DNA of 64,000 nt, from positions 7,378,001-7,442,000 of the forward strand of contig OZ024754.1 in NCBI GenBank assembly GCA_964016885.1, given 5' to 3'. Both the position numbers and the translations under genes were made by a program. The notes under the pieces were generated by a model. It worked only from the letters and a program-made list of their open reading frames with translations, had not been told where the DNA came from and did not search any database. Origin of the DNA: Eledone cirrhosa. Taxonomy: Eukaryota. The first letter of the stretch is position 1, and the number at the start of each line of letters is the position of its first letter. Shown here piece by piece: positions 1 through 12,692 of the stretch.

Positions 1-779
1 ACAACCAACCTATAAACCTATATGTTCTTCACTAGTGAGAAATATGAGAAATAAATTTAAAACAATGGTTTGCTAGGGAATTTATTTTTATCGTATTCAC
101 TAATTTCTTGAAGGAATGGAAAGTGATAAAATGCTCAAAATACCATGTGTATAAATCCCACACATTTGTAATAAGAAAATTGTAGGGCATACACATTTAC
201 AATGAGATGATCTGTAATTCACAGATTTACATTGAATCCCCTTAGTTTCAATTCTCTGAGACATGATATAACTAGAGGCAAGTAAATATGGTTCGGTCTG
301 ATTTGAGAGAGCTAGTGGCATATCAATCCACTACTCTGGTGTGTGAATCTCATTGATTACAATACATACACAGCTGGCTTTTCGGAATAAATCAGCTTGA
401 ACTTTCTTAATTACCCTTTAATGGATGTGTTGTTGTTATTGATTGATTTCTTGAAGGATGAAATATGAAGTATGAAAGTGAAATTTTACCTTCACGAGAT
501 TTGAAATCAGATTATACAGCCTTTTATCCAATGCTATAGAAATTCTATTAATCCAACATCCTCAACTGATATTGATAAGTTGTTTATTGGTCCCTATGGT
601 GTCTTTGTTTTAATTATAATTGCATTATGCAATTATTACTCCCGTTTCACAAACACTATTTAAAACGGATCGATAAAATGAGTATAAACTACTTCATTGG
701 TTTAATTTTTTCTCTCCTCTCTTGGTCAAACAATTTCACATTTATGATTACTATCCTTTTCTCACACATCACTATCGTC

Positions 780-1090
780 AAATATCTCTCCAATGTCTAA
801 TCCGGTAACTCCTGCTAGACTCGTAGGGGCGCCGCATTGACATACGGTGTTTCCTGGGTATTTTAAGCCTGGCGGAGCCCATCCCTCTCCAGGCACGAGT
901 ACAGCAGATTTCTTCTAGAGACAGATCGAAAGTGAGAGATAGGAAATGAGAAAGAGATATAGAGGAAGAATCGGTCCCAGTACTAGACTGGTACGTCTTT
1001 TTATCGACATTGAAAGGATGAAGGGCAAAGTTGACCTTGGTAGGATTTGACCGCAGAGAACCGGAACGAATACCGTAAATCATTGTATCC
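780..1090 (-). mobile_element. tRNA-derived SINE (Meta-like central domain) subfamily with long GC-richer tail, 5' truncated
   Basis: Reverse complement contains GGTCAACTTTGCCCTTCATCCTTTC...GTCGATAAAA..GTACCAGT and the same appended tail as the + copy at 9602-9930. Confidence 0.7.
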
Positions 1091-2017
1091 GTACTCGCAC
1101 ACACACACACACACACATACAGTTATATAAACATCTCTATTTCTTGACGTTGACGAATAAGAAACATAAAGAATTCATAGATACAGAAATCAATATATAC
1201 TTATCCGTTTGCATCAAATAATACATTTATTTATGTAGATACACCATCAATCTTATCCACATTTATATTCCAACACAAAACCTAAAATGCATAAACCAAG
1301 AAGCTCTACGTGTTTCGACAAGAACGATGTCATATCTAATAGAAACGGACATGTTAACATACGTCTAAAATATTTTGGATATTCTTCAAAAGAAATATTA
1401 TTTATTCACATCTAAAATATCTCGGAGGTTTTCCATAATCCATCGGAATGACAGAATATTTCGTTGTTCAACTTTAACTTAAGCTTCAAGATGTATTTGT
1501 TATTTCACGTTAAAGCACAAGTCTTGTATTCATAATTGTATTTTGGTTATCAAACATAAATATATACGATTCACCTTCAATAATCTGTATGGAAGCCTTT
1601 ACATATCATGAAGTAGTCTGTTTTCTTTTTATTCTATGTGTCAGATGAAAAAGAATTGTCATTACATGCAAGGATTTCCTCTGTAATCCTCAATACAGAA
1701 ATAATAATCAGATATTAAATGCCTTTAGCAGATCTTTGTATTTATATTAGTGTAGAATTATGATCGCTCATCAAAAGCATCATTAACAAAATGGAAATCC
1801 AATTTATCTTTGATCTTTCTTCATAGTTTGAGTGAGATGTTGTTATTTTGTCTAATATGTGAATAGTTTTACTGGAGATACGAAGTTTTATTAGGATTCC
1901 CTAGTTTAATGGAAGGTCGTAAATGAAATCATGTTTTAACTCAACAGTAAGAGTTATTTGTCTGTTTCATTACTAAAGATAGGACATGGGGATTATTACT
2001 AAACACATACAGACACG

Positions 2018-2068
<51 letters not shown>

Positions 2069-2103
2069 AACTATCTATCTATCTATCTATCTATCTAGGT
2101 TAG

Positions 2104-2533
2104 GTTATATGGTGGACGAGGTTAAAATGGCTGAGGTTAGACACCTTTCTCTCCGGCGAGCAACTGATTCGTTTTTTCAAATATCATTTTGGAAGAAGAA
2201 TCAGGATAGAGAGAGAAGTGCTGTACCCCAGCAAATTTTATAAAAGGTGGGTGAATGTGGCAAAGATGCCCCAAGTGGTTGGGCCTTCTCTCTATATAAG
2301 CCTGTAGGTTGAGGAAAAAGAGGAAGAGAGGAGGGAGTACTCACTCTTGGTGCTCCTGGAGATGAGGGTTGTACATTTTTTCGGGGTGTGTACAACCCCT
2401 GTGTAACGCCTCCCCCCTATTGGGGATATCAATTTGTTATTTTATTAATAGTTTTATTTTCATATACCTGTATGTAAACTCCTCATTTGTATTTGTCCCC
2501 TTCTTTTGTGCCCTTGTGACTAATAAAGAAATT
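2104..2533 (+). mobile_element. 3' end of Tx1/L1-clade non-LTR retrotransposon inserted in (TATC)n
   Basis: Open frame 2104-2307 VIWWTRLKWLRLDTFLSGEQLIRFFKYHFGRRIRIEREVLYPSKFYKRW...* resembles Tx1 ORF2 C-termini (IWxxR...FxxRW); 3' UTR ends AATAAAGAAA; (TATC)n on both sides. Confidence 0.65.
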
Positions 2534-2900
2534 TATATATCTATCTATTTATCTGTCTGTCTATCTATCTATCTATCCGTCTGTCTGTCTATCTATCAAT
2601 CTAATATACATATCTAATATATCTATCTATCTAATATATTTATCTAATATAGCTATTCATCTATCTATCTATTCATCTATGTACCTATTTATCTGTCTAT
2701 ATATCTATTTATCTGTCTATCTATCTATCTATCTATCTATCTATACGTACATACACGCACACACATTTCTATGTCAATATAAACATACACACCATCATGA
2801 GGAGGATTTTGAAAGAGTGTTGGTTGTAGTTTATTACTGACATATGTATCCATTTGTGCGTCCATGTGTGTGTAGTTGTTTTGCCAGTGATTATGCATAC

Positions 2901-2944
<44 letters not shown>

Positions 2945-3108
2945 TCTTGTATGTATATATATATTAGTGTCCATGTGTGTGTGGATATGTATACGCATGG
3001 CCTCAGCCGGATGGCTGGACAACAAGAAAAGTGTATATAAATATATGCGTATACATATTCACATACATATGAACAGTAGTACATATACACATTCAAGAAT
3101 GTACGTAT

Positions 3109-3193
<85 letters not shown>

Positions 3194-3491
3194 TATAATG
3201 TGTGTGTGTATATATATATGTAGGTATATATGTATCGAACTACGCGTATGTTAACTGTAATGATTGATGATCAGTTCTGCATCTATACGAATATACTCTG
3301 TTGTGCATCCATCTGCAAATCGGGAACATGAACTGATATCAAAGTGATACTTATTTTATCTCATAAATCATCACCCATCTTACGAACAATGAATAAAGGA
3401 ACCATATTATGTCTCATGATATTTTTTTGGTAAGCTTTTTCTCTGGTTCGAGTGAATATAATAAATATTTCTGTATTTCTTTAAGAAAATA

Positions 3492-3586
3492 TAATTGTTT
3501 CTACTTTTTGGCACAAGGCCATCAATTACTCAGTACATTACTGGTACTTTATTTTATCGACCCGTAAAGATGAAAGGCAAAGTTAA
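3492..3586 (-). mobile_element. SINE (Meta-like family) 3' fragment with target-site duplication
   Basis: Matches family 3' end; TAAGAAAATAT(AT)AAT repeated on both sides. Confidence 0.75.
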
Positions 3587-4093
3587 GAAAATATAATGTA
3601 ACAAATTCAGAACTGTTAGATCACGAAACGGAATAATTAAGCAATATTGTACCTTTCGGCATTACAAGATTTGAGGGTTTCTCAGATATTCTTCTCTTCC
3701 GTATCATTATGAAGCTCTGTCTACCTTGAATTCATTTGTTTATTTGTAAGGCGATGATTCCATTCCATAAACATCTACTGGGTCTACCATCATGTAGTTT
3801 AGAAGATCAAACGCCTGACTATAGATTTTAACTTGAAACGTTCCTCTCTAAGAAGCAAGTAGTTTTTCTTTATGAAAGACAAGCAATCATCCATGTAAAT
3901 CAGTTCCCATCCCCACACCATCGGTTTTATCCAAAGTAAAAACAAAGGTCAATACAGCTTGGCACCAGTTTATCGCAACTTATTTTCACCCACCCGTATA
4001 GTACACTTGATTAATAAGAAATTATGGTACAATACTCGAGAAGCATATATTAAGGATTTCTCTCTAAATATTATAACCACTTACAAAGTGACA

Positions 4094-4149
<56 letters not shown>

Positions 4150-4150
<1 letters not shown>

Positions 4151-4234
4151 GTTATTCCGGGTTGAATCGGAGGTAACCTGATGATTTCTAATGAATGAAA
4201 CAGTTCTAGTCCTGTAGAATCTCATCTATATTAA

Positions 4235-4237
<3 letters not shown>
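4150..4237 (+). mobile_element. Short PLE-type insert in (TA)n with HHR-like core (family I)
   Basis: CTGATGATTTCTAATGAATGAAACAGTTC; same motif at 7682-7710 (+) and 54358-54387 (-); left end matches the start of the 54262 element. Confidence 0.5.
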
Positions 4238-4271
<34 letters not shown>

Positions 4272-4277
<6 letters not shown>

Positions 4278-4500
4278 ATACTTTGGAGGGTCATGTTGCC
4301 AATAAAAACACACATGCACCTGTTGGGTTTCACTTCAATTTATTATACATTTACGGTTGGTTGGTTCGATAATTGGAAGGTTGTTTATATATTGTCAAAG
4401 CTCTTTCGTCACACATTCTGTGACCTCCTCAGTGACTAGTTTTTTTATTTTTTGTGTCTCTCCTTTGTTCTGTGCTACACCATTTTGTTATGTATATATT
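4272..4500 (-). mobile_element. PLE-type pLTR fragment in (TA)n
   Basis: Carries HHR at 4394-4436; terminus TTGTTATACTTTGGAGGGTCA shared with 36947-36970. Confidence 0.55.
4394..4436 (-). ncRNA. Minimal type-I hammerhead ribozyme
   Basis: Reverse complement: GTCA CTGAGGA G GTCACA-gaatg-TGTGAC GAAA GAGC TT / TGAC; stem I 4 bp, stem II 6 bp, one extra base after A9. Confidence 0.65.
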
Positions 4501-4983
4501 ATATATTAAAACAATTTAATAGAAAAAGAAAACAAATATAAATTGAGAAGAAAGAATAGAATGTAAAATAAGGAAATATTAGAAAAAACGGACAAGGGAA
4601 GGGAAAGACAAGGTGTTACAGAAGAGTGGGGACAGGGAAGAGGGGTTGATGGGATTGAGCCTAGGGCGCAGCGGTAATGGGGTTACGTCTCGCGGAGAAG
4701 ACCGCAAAGATATTCCCTAATCTCGTGGTTTGCCAAAGACATTTCATGTTAGTATTATTAACTGTTGTTTTAGTTTTAGTCTACTGCACATTTTTGATAG
4801 ATAATGGCTTTCTTGACCGCACTTTATTGATTTCGTCAGATCCAATTGATATTTTTCACCATTAATGTCTACAATAAACCAATAGGGTAAAAAGCAAAAC
4901 CAATGTATTCTGTTTTATGCCAATCCCAGAACTGTAATATGAGTTCCATTTTTCACAACAAATAGCAGCAGATATATATTTTA

Positions 4984-5105
4984 TTCTTTGGTTTCAAATA
5001 TATTCTGCTATAAATACGCAATTCTTTGGTTTTAAGTATATTCTGCTTAAAATAGACTTTTCTTTTGTTTTAAGTATATTCTGCTTAAAATAGATTTTTC
5101 TTTTT
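4984..5105. repeat. ~38-bp tandem repeat, 3 copies
   Basis: TTCTTTGGTTTTAAGTATATTCTGCTTAAAATAGA-like unit repeated. Confidence 0.75.
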
Positions 5106-6104
5106 CTATGTAAAATATTCTCACTTCATAATTTGACGTAGAATCAAGTTTGACGAGCTAAATATTCTATAATGAACAAAAATACATAACAACCATTAGT
5201 TTATTCCTATCTATATTTTAGAGATGGAGTGAGAAAGGGAGAGAGTTGGGGTGAGTTAAAGAGTGCAAGAGAGTGTATTAGAGAGAGAGAGAGAGGTGGT
5301 GTGTGAGAGAGAAAGAGTGGTAGTGTGTAATACAGAGAGAGAGTGGAAGTGGAGGGTGTGATAAACTTTCGGAAATAAAATAATTGCTTAAGAAAATCTG
5401 TAAAAGAATATTTCCCGACAAAATAACAAAAGTGAAAGGCAATGCTTCCATTAGAAAGTAGACGTCAAACACTTACAAAGAAATAATTTTTCAGATTTTG
5501 TTATGGATAATAAGAGACACATTTGTCGTTTGGAATTATTTTTCATTTTGAATTACAATGTCTATTTTTATTTTGTTTATAAAGTGGATAGTTTCTCTCT
5601 TCTCTTAGTATTGCAGTGATTCTGCTTTTGCTGTATATTTTTATATTTTTGTCTTTTATTATATATTTCTAATTATAGTTTAGATTCAATTTTCCGTCTC
5701 TTTTTTTTTTCTTCTTTTTGTTTTGTTTTGAAGTAGGTGTGTGGGTGTATGGGTGTGGGGGTGAATGTCATTTACTTCACTTTCTCATATTCTTTTCATG
5801 TTTTGCTTTTACAGATTGTTGTTGTTGTTGTTGTTTTGCTCCTTCTTTTGCTCCTTATTTTTATTTTTATTTTTATCTTTTGCTTTTTATTTTTATCTTT
5901 TGCTCCTTATTTTTATTTTTATTTTTATCTTTCTGCCCCTTTTTCTTTTCTTCTTTTTTCTTCTTCTTCTTGCGAAAGTAATGACAGAGAAGAGGAGTGC
6001 AGAGGATAAGAGGAAATTGTCGAAGGATCTGATGTTTTACAAGTAGAAGGCTACAACAAAGACGAAAAGTTGAAGCGTTACACACTATTAATATTAATGA
6101 TATT

Positions 6105-7071
6105 ATATATATCTATATATGTATATGTATATGTGTATATGTATATGTATATATGTATATGTATATATATATCTGTGTGTGTGTATATATATCTGTGTGT
6201 GTATATATATATATATGTGTGTATATATATATATATATGTGTGTATATATATATGTGTGTGTATATATATATGTGTGTGTATATATATATGTGTGTGTAT
6301 ATATATATGTGTGTGTATATATATATGTGTATATATATATATGCGTGTATATATATATATGTGTGTATATATATGTGTGTATATATATATGTGTGTGTAT
6401 ATATATATGTGTGTGTATATATATATATGTGTGTATATATATATGTGTGTGTATATATATATGTGTGTGTATATATATATGTGTGTGTATATATATGTGT
6501 GTGTATATATATATGTGTGTGTATATATATATGTGTGTGTATATATATATGTGTGTGTATATATATATGTGTGTGTATATATATATATGTGTGTGTATAT
6601 ATATATATGTGTGTGTATATATATATATGTGTGTATATATATATATGTGTGTATATATATATATGCGTGTATATATATATATGCGTGTATATATATATAT
6701 GTGTGTATATATATTTATGTGTGTATATATATGTGTGTATATATATATATGTGTGTGTGTATATATATATATGTGTGTGTGTATATATATATATGTGTGT
6801 GTGTATATATATATATGTGTGTGTGTATATATATATGTGTGTGTGTATATATATATGTGTGTGTGTGTATATATATATGTGTGTATATATATATGTGTGT
6901 GTATATATATATATGTGTGTGTATATATATATATGGGTGTGTGTATATATATATGTGTGTATATATATATGTGTGTGTATATATATATATGTGTGTGTGT
7001 ATATATATATATGTGTGTGTATATATATATATGTGTGTGTGTATATATATATGTGTGTGTGTATATATATA

Positions 7072-7102
<31 letters not shown>
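6105..7102. repeat. Compound (TA)n/(TG)n microsatellite
   Basis: About 1 kb of alternating TA and TG runs. Confidence 0.97.
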
Positions 7103-7103
<1 letters not shown>

Positions 7104-7446
7104 ATACATATTGACATTAATTGGAACTTTTGAAATAAATTGTTTTTGAGTGAAAATATTGTTGGCTCTGAAAGAAGGCGACATATTTTAATGTTATTAT
7201 TGACTGGGCGATATTTTGGTGGGGAAGATATTTGTTCTCTAGAACGAGAACAATTTAAATTATAATGTGAATATCATTTATAGCCGAGGTCAGGTGTAAT
7301 GTGTGAGGAATTTGGGTGTGTATAGTTCCTAGGTCGATATTAATAGCTCTGATCGATTCAGTCTATTAAGTTTAGAGCTAATACTTTTAGAGTTATCAGA
7401 CCTCATCATGTCGACTTCATTATTCGTGTTTGTCTACGTATGGAAT

Positions 7447-7489
<43 letters not shown>

Positions 7490-7513
7490 TTTTTCTTCTC
7501 TCCTTAACTGAAA

Positions 7514-7646
7514 TATAGGGTGGATCAAAAGTCACAATACATTGGAAAAATAATTACATTTTTAAGTTTCCATATTTATTAAATTGTTGCTATTAAAAAG
7601 ATAATTATTTTACCCATACATCGCGACGTTTGATCCACCCGGTATA
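7514..7646. mobile_element. Tc1/mariner-type MITE
   Basis: Imperfect TIRs TATAGGGTGGATCAAAAGTCAC / GCGACGTTTGATCCACCCGGTATA, TA-flanked. Confidence 0.55.
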
Positions 7647-7825
7647 AAAAAACCGAAATTAAGTAAAATTGTTTGAATCTCCTGATGATTTCTGACAAAT
7701 GAAACAGTTCCAATTCTGTAGCTGTCATTTATATATGAAACACACACACACACACGTGTTTATATATATCGACAGTCACTCGATATATATATAAACACTT
7801 GTGTGTGTGTTTATATATATATCGA

Positions 7826-8037
7826 CAGTCGATTCGTCAAATCGGACCGAGGAAACAATGTTTCCATTGGTCTTTCCAATTGTTAATACTATCTACCAAT
7901 CGCAACTCCAGGTAGAAGGAGCAACGTGAAATAAAGTGTCTTGTTCAAGGACATAACACATCACCCGGTCCGGAATCGGACTCACAACCTCACGATTGTG
8001 AATCCGATTCTCTAACCACTCAGCCACGCGCCTTCAC
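7826..8037 (-). mobile_element. tRNA-derived SINE, V-like domain family
   Basis: Reverse complement has A/B-box head, TGTCCTTGAACAAGACACTTTATTTCACGTTGCTCC and the same tail as 34833, 50274 and 55043. Confidence 0.85.
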
Positions 8038-8059
8038 CTATATATATATATATATAACC

Positions 8060-8312
8060 TTGACTGACCAGTCTGTCGGGCGTCCATTCAGCGCCGATGG
8101 TCACAGCACGTCGTGCTGTTTTAGCCATAAGATAACGCCATCCCACTGGCTGGGAGGGCAGGCCGGTACTCATTTCTACAGCTGAGTAAACTGGAGCAAC
8201 GTGAAATAAAGTGTCTTGCTCAAGGAAACAACACATCACCTGGTCCGAGAATTGAACTCACAACCTTTCGATTGCAAGCCCAATGCTCTAACCACTAAGC
8301 CATGTGCCTTCA
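8060..8312 (-). mobile_element. tRNA-derived SINE, V-like domain, alternative tail
   Basis: Same head and central domain followed by GCTCCAGTTTACTCAGCTGTAGAAATGAG; similar to 26640-26862. Confidence 0.8.
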
Positions 8313-8580
8313 CATGTACACACACACACACACACACTCTCACTCTCACTCTCTCTCTCTCTCCCTCTAATTCATTCATTCATATAGAAAAAGATTGATG
8401 GAGACAGAGACTGATATGACAATTGATAAGTCATTAGTGTCCCCCATCACATATATTTTTTACAATACTTATCCACACATTCTGAAGCCCGCTAAACGTT
8501 TCTATATCACTAAATAACATCGTCCTCTTGATAAGCAGAACTATTTTCTCTCAGAACTAATACATTTCCTGAGTTACATT

Positions 8581-8764
8581 TAATTGTTTCTACGTTAGGC
8601 ACAAGGCCAGCAATTAACCAGTGCATTACTGGTACTTTATTTTATCGACCCCGTAAGGATGAAAGGCAAAGTTAACCTCAGCGGTATTTGAACTCAGAAT
8701 GGCAAGGGCCGTAACTCTATACGTCAAAGCATGGCGTCCGACCCTCTCCCAATACTGCCAATCC
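8581..8764 (-). mobile_element. SINE (Meta-like family) with ~16-bp TSD
   Basis: Family consensus; CTGAGTTACATTTAAT on both sides. Confidence 0.85.
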
Positions 8765-9189
8765 TGAGTTACATTTAATGTCAATATATATTATATTCCT
8801 ATAATGAAATTAATCAATGGAAAATCATTCAACTAAATTCTTTTGTTGCCATTTATTAACTGCAACACTTTAAATACATTACGAAATTTATTTACTAAGG
8901 GGTATTTATCAGGGCCGTAGCTGTATTAACCCACCGCCATCACCTGCATTGAAATATTTTACCCCATCACAGCAAAGAAATTCGAAAATTAATTGAGGTG
9001 TCCTTCAGCCCTAGGCTGCCTGAAGAATATCACACGGACGTGGGCAAAATCAGAATTTTGATATGATATCAATAGCACATTCTTTCCCGAAATTATTGTA
9101 AAAAATATGCCAGGAATCACAAAGTATTTCTGTTGTTAGCATCGTTTTATAACATTTGAATTATACAGATGTTATAATATTTTGATGAC

Positions 9190-9227
<38 letters not shown>

Positions 9228-9545
9228 TCAAATCAGCAAACAGCGAAAGACGCCTTCCGGACTTGTCCGACAGACAACCTTTTCCCCCACCCCGGAAAAA
9301 ACCCCAGTTGATGGATGTGAATCCGAAATATATAGGGACTTTTAAATCTCTCCCAAGGTAACTCTCTCTTGTGTTGTTATTATTATTTTTATCCTTTTAC
9401 TCTCCCCTTCATTCTACACATCTCACACATCTTATAAACACCACGCATCTCAACGTACACCCACTTACATCCCTCTCTCCACCACCGGACCTTGTTACCC
9501 GGAGAGTTACCCATTTGCATTGTCGAGGCTTCCAAACGACTTATA
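9228..9545 (+). mobile_element. PLE-type insert in (TA)n with decayed HHR at 9302-9337
   Basis: CCC CAGTTGAT GGAT-gtga-ATCC GAAA TATA TA / GGG; tail TGCATTGTCGAGGCTTCCAAA also present in reverse at ~29350-29372. Confidence 0.5.
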
Positions 9546-9601
9546 GATATTTATATATATATATATATATTTTTTTTTTCCTCCCGCATATTAAGAATCA
9601 A

Positions 9602-9930
9602 GCGGTGAATTGGCAGAGTCGTTAGAACGTTGGAGAGAATGGTTTATGGTATTTGTTCCGGCTCTCTGCACTCTGAGTTCAAATCCCACAGCGGTCAACT
9701 TTGCCTTTTATCCTTTGGAGGTTGATAAAAAAAAGTATCAGTCTAGTCCAGGGGTCGATTCTTTCTCTATATCGCTTTCTCATTTTCTCTCTCTCTCTCA
9801 CCTTCTATCTTTCTCTGGAAGAAATCTACTGTGCTCAGGCCTGGAGAGGGTTGGACTCCGCCAGGCTTAAAGTGCACAAGAAACGCCGTATGTCAATACG
9901 ACGCCCCTACAACTCTATCAGGAGTTATGG
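9602..9930 (+). mobile_element. SINE (Meta-like family), long-tail subfamily
   Basis: tRNA-like head GCGGTGAATTGGCAGAGTCGTTAGA...GAGTTCAAATCC, central domain, tail shared with 780-1090. Confidence 0.8.
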
Positions 9931-10809
9931 GACCATACATATATTAAGGGACCATACATATATTAAGGGACCATACATATATTAAGAACCGCTTCAGAAA
10001 AGAACATTGCTACAGTTAAAATTACAGATAAATTATTATCTGCTTTATAAAAAATAATCTCGAGACAAGGGGAGATAATGCGGTATAATTGTTGATGATG
10101 AAAGAGCAATGAGTTGAAAAATTGAATATAGTAACTGTGTCTGTGTTGATATCTCATTGATGTTGTGTCATTAGTTCCTCTTCACTGGTTCACAGGTTAT
10201 CAGACTTGTTGAGTATTAACAAAAGATAATGGTCGTTAACAATACAAACTGTAATTGCATTTTATACTTGACGAAGCATGACACCGATTAAAGTTATTGC
10301 TTAGAAGATTAGAAAATCAGTATTTGGTAACTAATTTAGCCGAAAAAAATTGAAAGTTTAATTAATATTTTGTATCGCTTCAGAATATTATAGATAACAT
10401 ATAACAGACATCATTTTCAGTATACTTTCAAGTAAAATGACCATATATTTATGGTAGAACTTGTATTTCAATAATTTTAAAGTTCAAATGTTGATGAGAA
10501 TGATATATACTTGTCTGAAAATAATTTATATTAATTTACGTGTTTTTGTATATAAATCATGAGCACAACTACAATATATTTTATATATTTTATGAGACCA
10601 GCTAAATATATTTTAACTGATACATACTATTAAGTACAGCCGTCACTTACTATCGAGTATGACTTGGGACTTGCTTTTGCTAAAGTTTTTTTTTTTAGAT
10701 GTCCACGTAGTCGCGAGTAGACATAGATACCAAATCGTCCCTTCGCCCTCTCTCTTGATTCAAATCAATATCCAAGATGTGTCAGTTGGTAGTAGAGAAT
10801 GCTCCTTCA

Positions 10810-10955
10810 TTACTGGGCTGGTTTATAATTTTATTTATCGATCCAAAAAGAATCAAAGGCAAAGTGGACCTCGGCAGGATTTGAACTCAGAATGCAGAGA
10901 CGGACCCGGAAGAAATATCCAACGCTCTACCGATTTAGGCAAATCAACTGTCTTA
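10810..10955 (-). mobile_element. Degenerate SINE (Meta-like family)
   Basis: AAAGGCAAAGTGGACCTCGGCAGGATTTGAACTCAG. Confidence 0.65.
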
Positions 10956-11046
10956 ATTTAACTGATAGGCACCTATTTATTTAACTGGTAGGGCAGGATT
11001 AATCCTTCAAAGGTTTTCCGAGCGTTGGAAGACTGTTGTTGACGTT

Positions 11047-11970
11047 CAGGTCATAATGTAGACATTGACAGATCACAATGTAGACATTGACAGGTCATAA
11101 TGTAGACATCAAGAGGTCATAATGTAGACATTGATAGGTCATAATGTAGACATTGACAGGTCATAATGTAGACATCAAGAGGTCATAATGTAGACATTGA
11201 CAGGTCACAATGTAGACATTGACAGGTCATAATGTAGACATTGACAGGTCATAATGTAGATATTGACAAGTCATAATGTAGACATCAAGAGGTCATAATG
11301 TAGACATTGACAGGTCATAATGTAGACATTGACAGGTCATAATGTAGTCATCAACAGGTCATAATGTAAACATCGACAGGTCATAATGTAGACATTGACA
11401 GGTCATAATGTAGACATTGACAGGTCATAATATAGACATTGACAGGTCATAATGTAGACATCAAGAGGTCATAATGTAGACATCAAGAGGTCATAATGTA
11501 GACATCAAGAGGTCATAATGTAGACATCGACAGGTCATAATGTAGACATCGACAGGTCATAATGTAGACATTGACAGGTCATAATGTAGACATTGACAGG
11601 TCATAATGTAGACATCAAGAGGTCATAATGTAGACATTGACAGGTCATAATGTAGACATCAAGAGGTCATAATGTAGACATCGACAGGTCATAATGTAGA
11701 CATTGACAGGTCATAATGTAGACATCAACAGGTCACAATTTAGACATCAACAGGTCATAATGTAGACATTGACAGGTCATAATGTAGACATTGACAGGTC
11801 ATAATGTAGACATTGACAGGTCATAATGTAGAGATTGACAGGTCATAATGTAGACATTGACAGGTCATAATGTAGATATTGACAGGTCATAATGTAGACA
11901 TCAACAGGTCATAATGTAGACATCGACAGGTCATAATGTAGACATCAACAGGTCACAATTTAGACATCGA
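11047..11970. repeat. 22-bp minisatellite, ~42 copies
   Basis: Unit GACAGGTCATAATGTAGACATT with variants TTGAC/TCAAG/TCGAC/TCAAC. Confidence 0.97.
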
Positions 11971-12026
11971 TACACACAGGGAAATAAAGATCAGGGAAAG
12001 AATTCAATTGAAATATTTAGTCAAAT

Positions 12027-12219
12027 ATAATTGTTTCTACTTTTGGCACAAGGCCAGAAATTACTCCAGTGTGTTACTGGTACTTTATTTTATCGACCCC
12101 GTAGGGATGAAAGGCAAAGCTAACCTCGACCGGATTTGATCTCATGTCGTAAAGGGCCGCAACTCTATGCGACAAAGTATTGCGTCCGACACTCTACTGA
12201 TACTACCAATCCACCGCCC
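12027..12219 (-). mobile_element. Full-length SINE (Meta-like family) with TSD
   Basis: Family consensus; TTAGTC(A/T)AATATAAT on both sides. Confidence 0.85.
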
Positions 12220-12692
12220 TTAGTCTAATATAATATAGAATGAATGGGAATAGATTAACTTAGTAAAGCTCATTTTTATCAATCTTTGTTATAGATTATT
12301 CACTCTATTCCTAAACTGGGTGCAGGCGAAGTTGATTAACTCGTTCAAGAAACCAACAGTCGTCAAAATGACTCATGTCTTCAAAAGAGGTAGTTCTATT
12401 GAAGTTATTAAATTTTTAACAAATATGAAGAAACGGAATAAACATAACTGGGTGTCCTCTATTCATGCCATTGATTATTATAAAAGATTGACCTCTTATT
12501 GTATTTGTTGATACAGCATCAGCTGTATGAGATGTCAAATTGAGAGGTTGCTGTTAAAACAATATATTTGAGTGCATATTGAATTCACATAGCTGAAGGT
12601 ACAAGTGAAATAAAAGATCAAAGAACTCTGATTAATACAGAGACGTCTAGAGAAAATATGACACAAGGAATTCTGATAGAATTGCTGATTTG

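Noticed and set aside
1405-1475. Minus-strand peptide VIPMDYGKPPR, cadherin-like
   Set aside because: Short, terminated by a stop, no other cadherin motifs nearby
6070-7184. Long ORFs rich in Y/I/C/V/H/T here and at 17537, 38529-42438, 60703-61777 and 63010-63970
   Set aside because: Translations of stop-free dinucleotide microsatellites
11047-11970. CRISPR-like or sigma70-like (TTGACA/CATAAT) appearance
   Set aside because: No unique spacers, wrong box spacing, eukaryotic context
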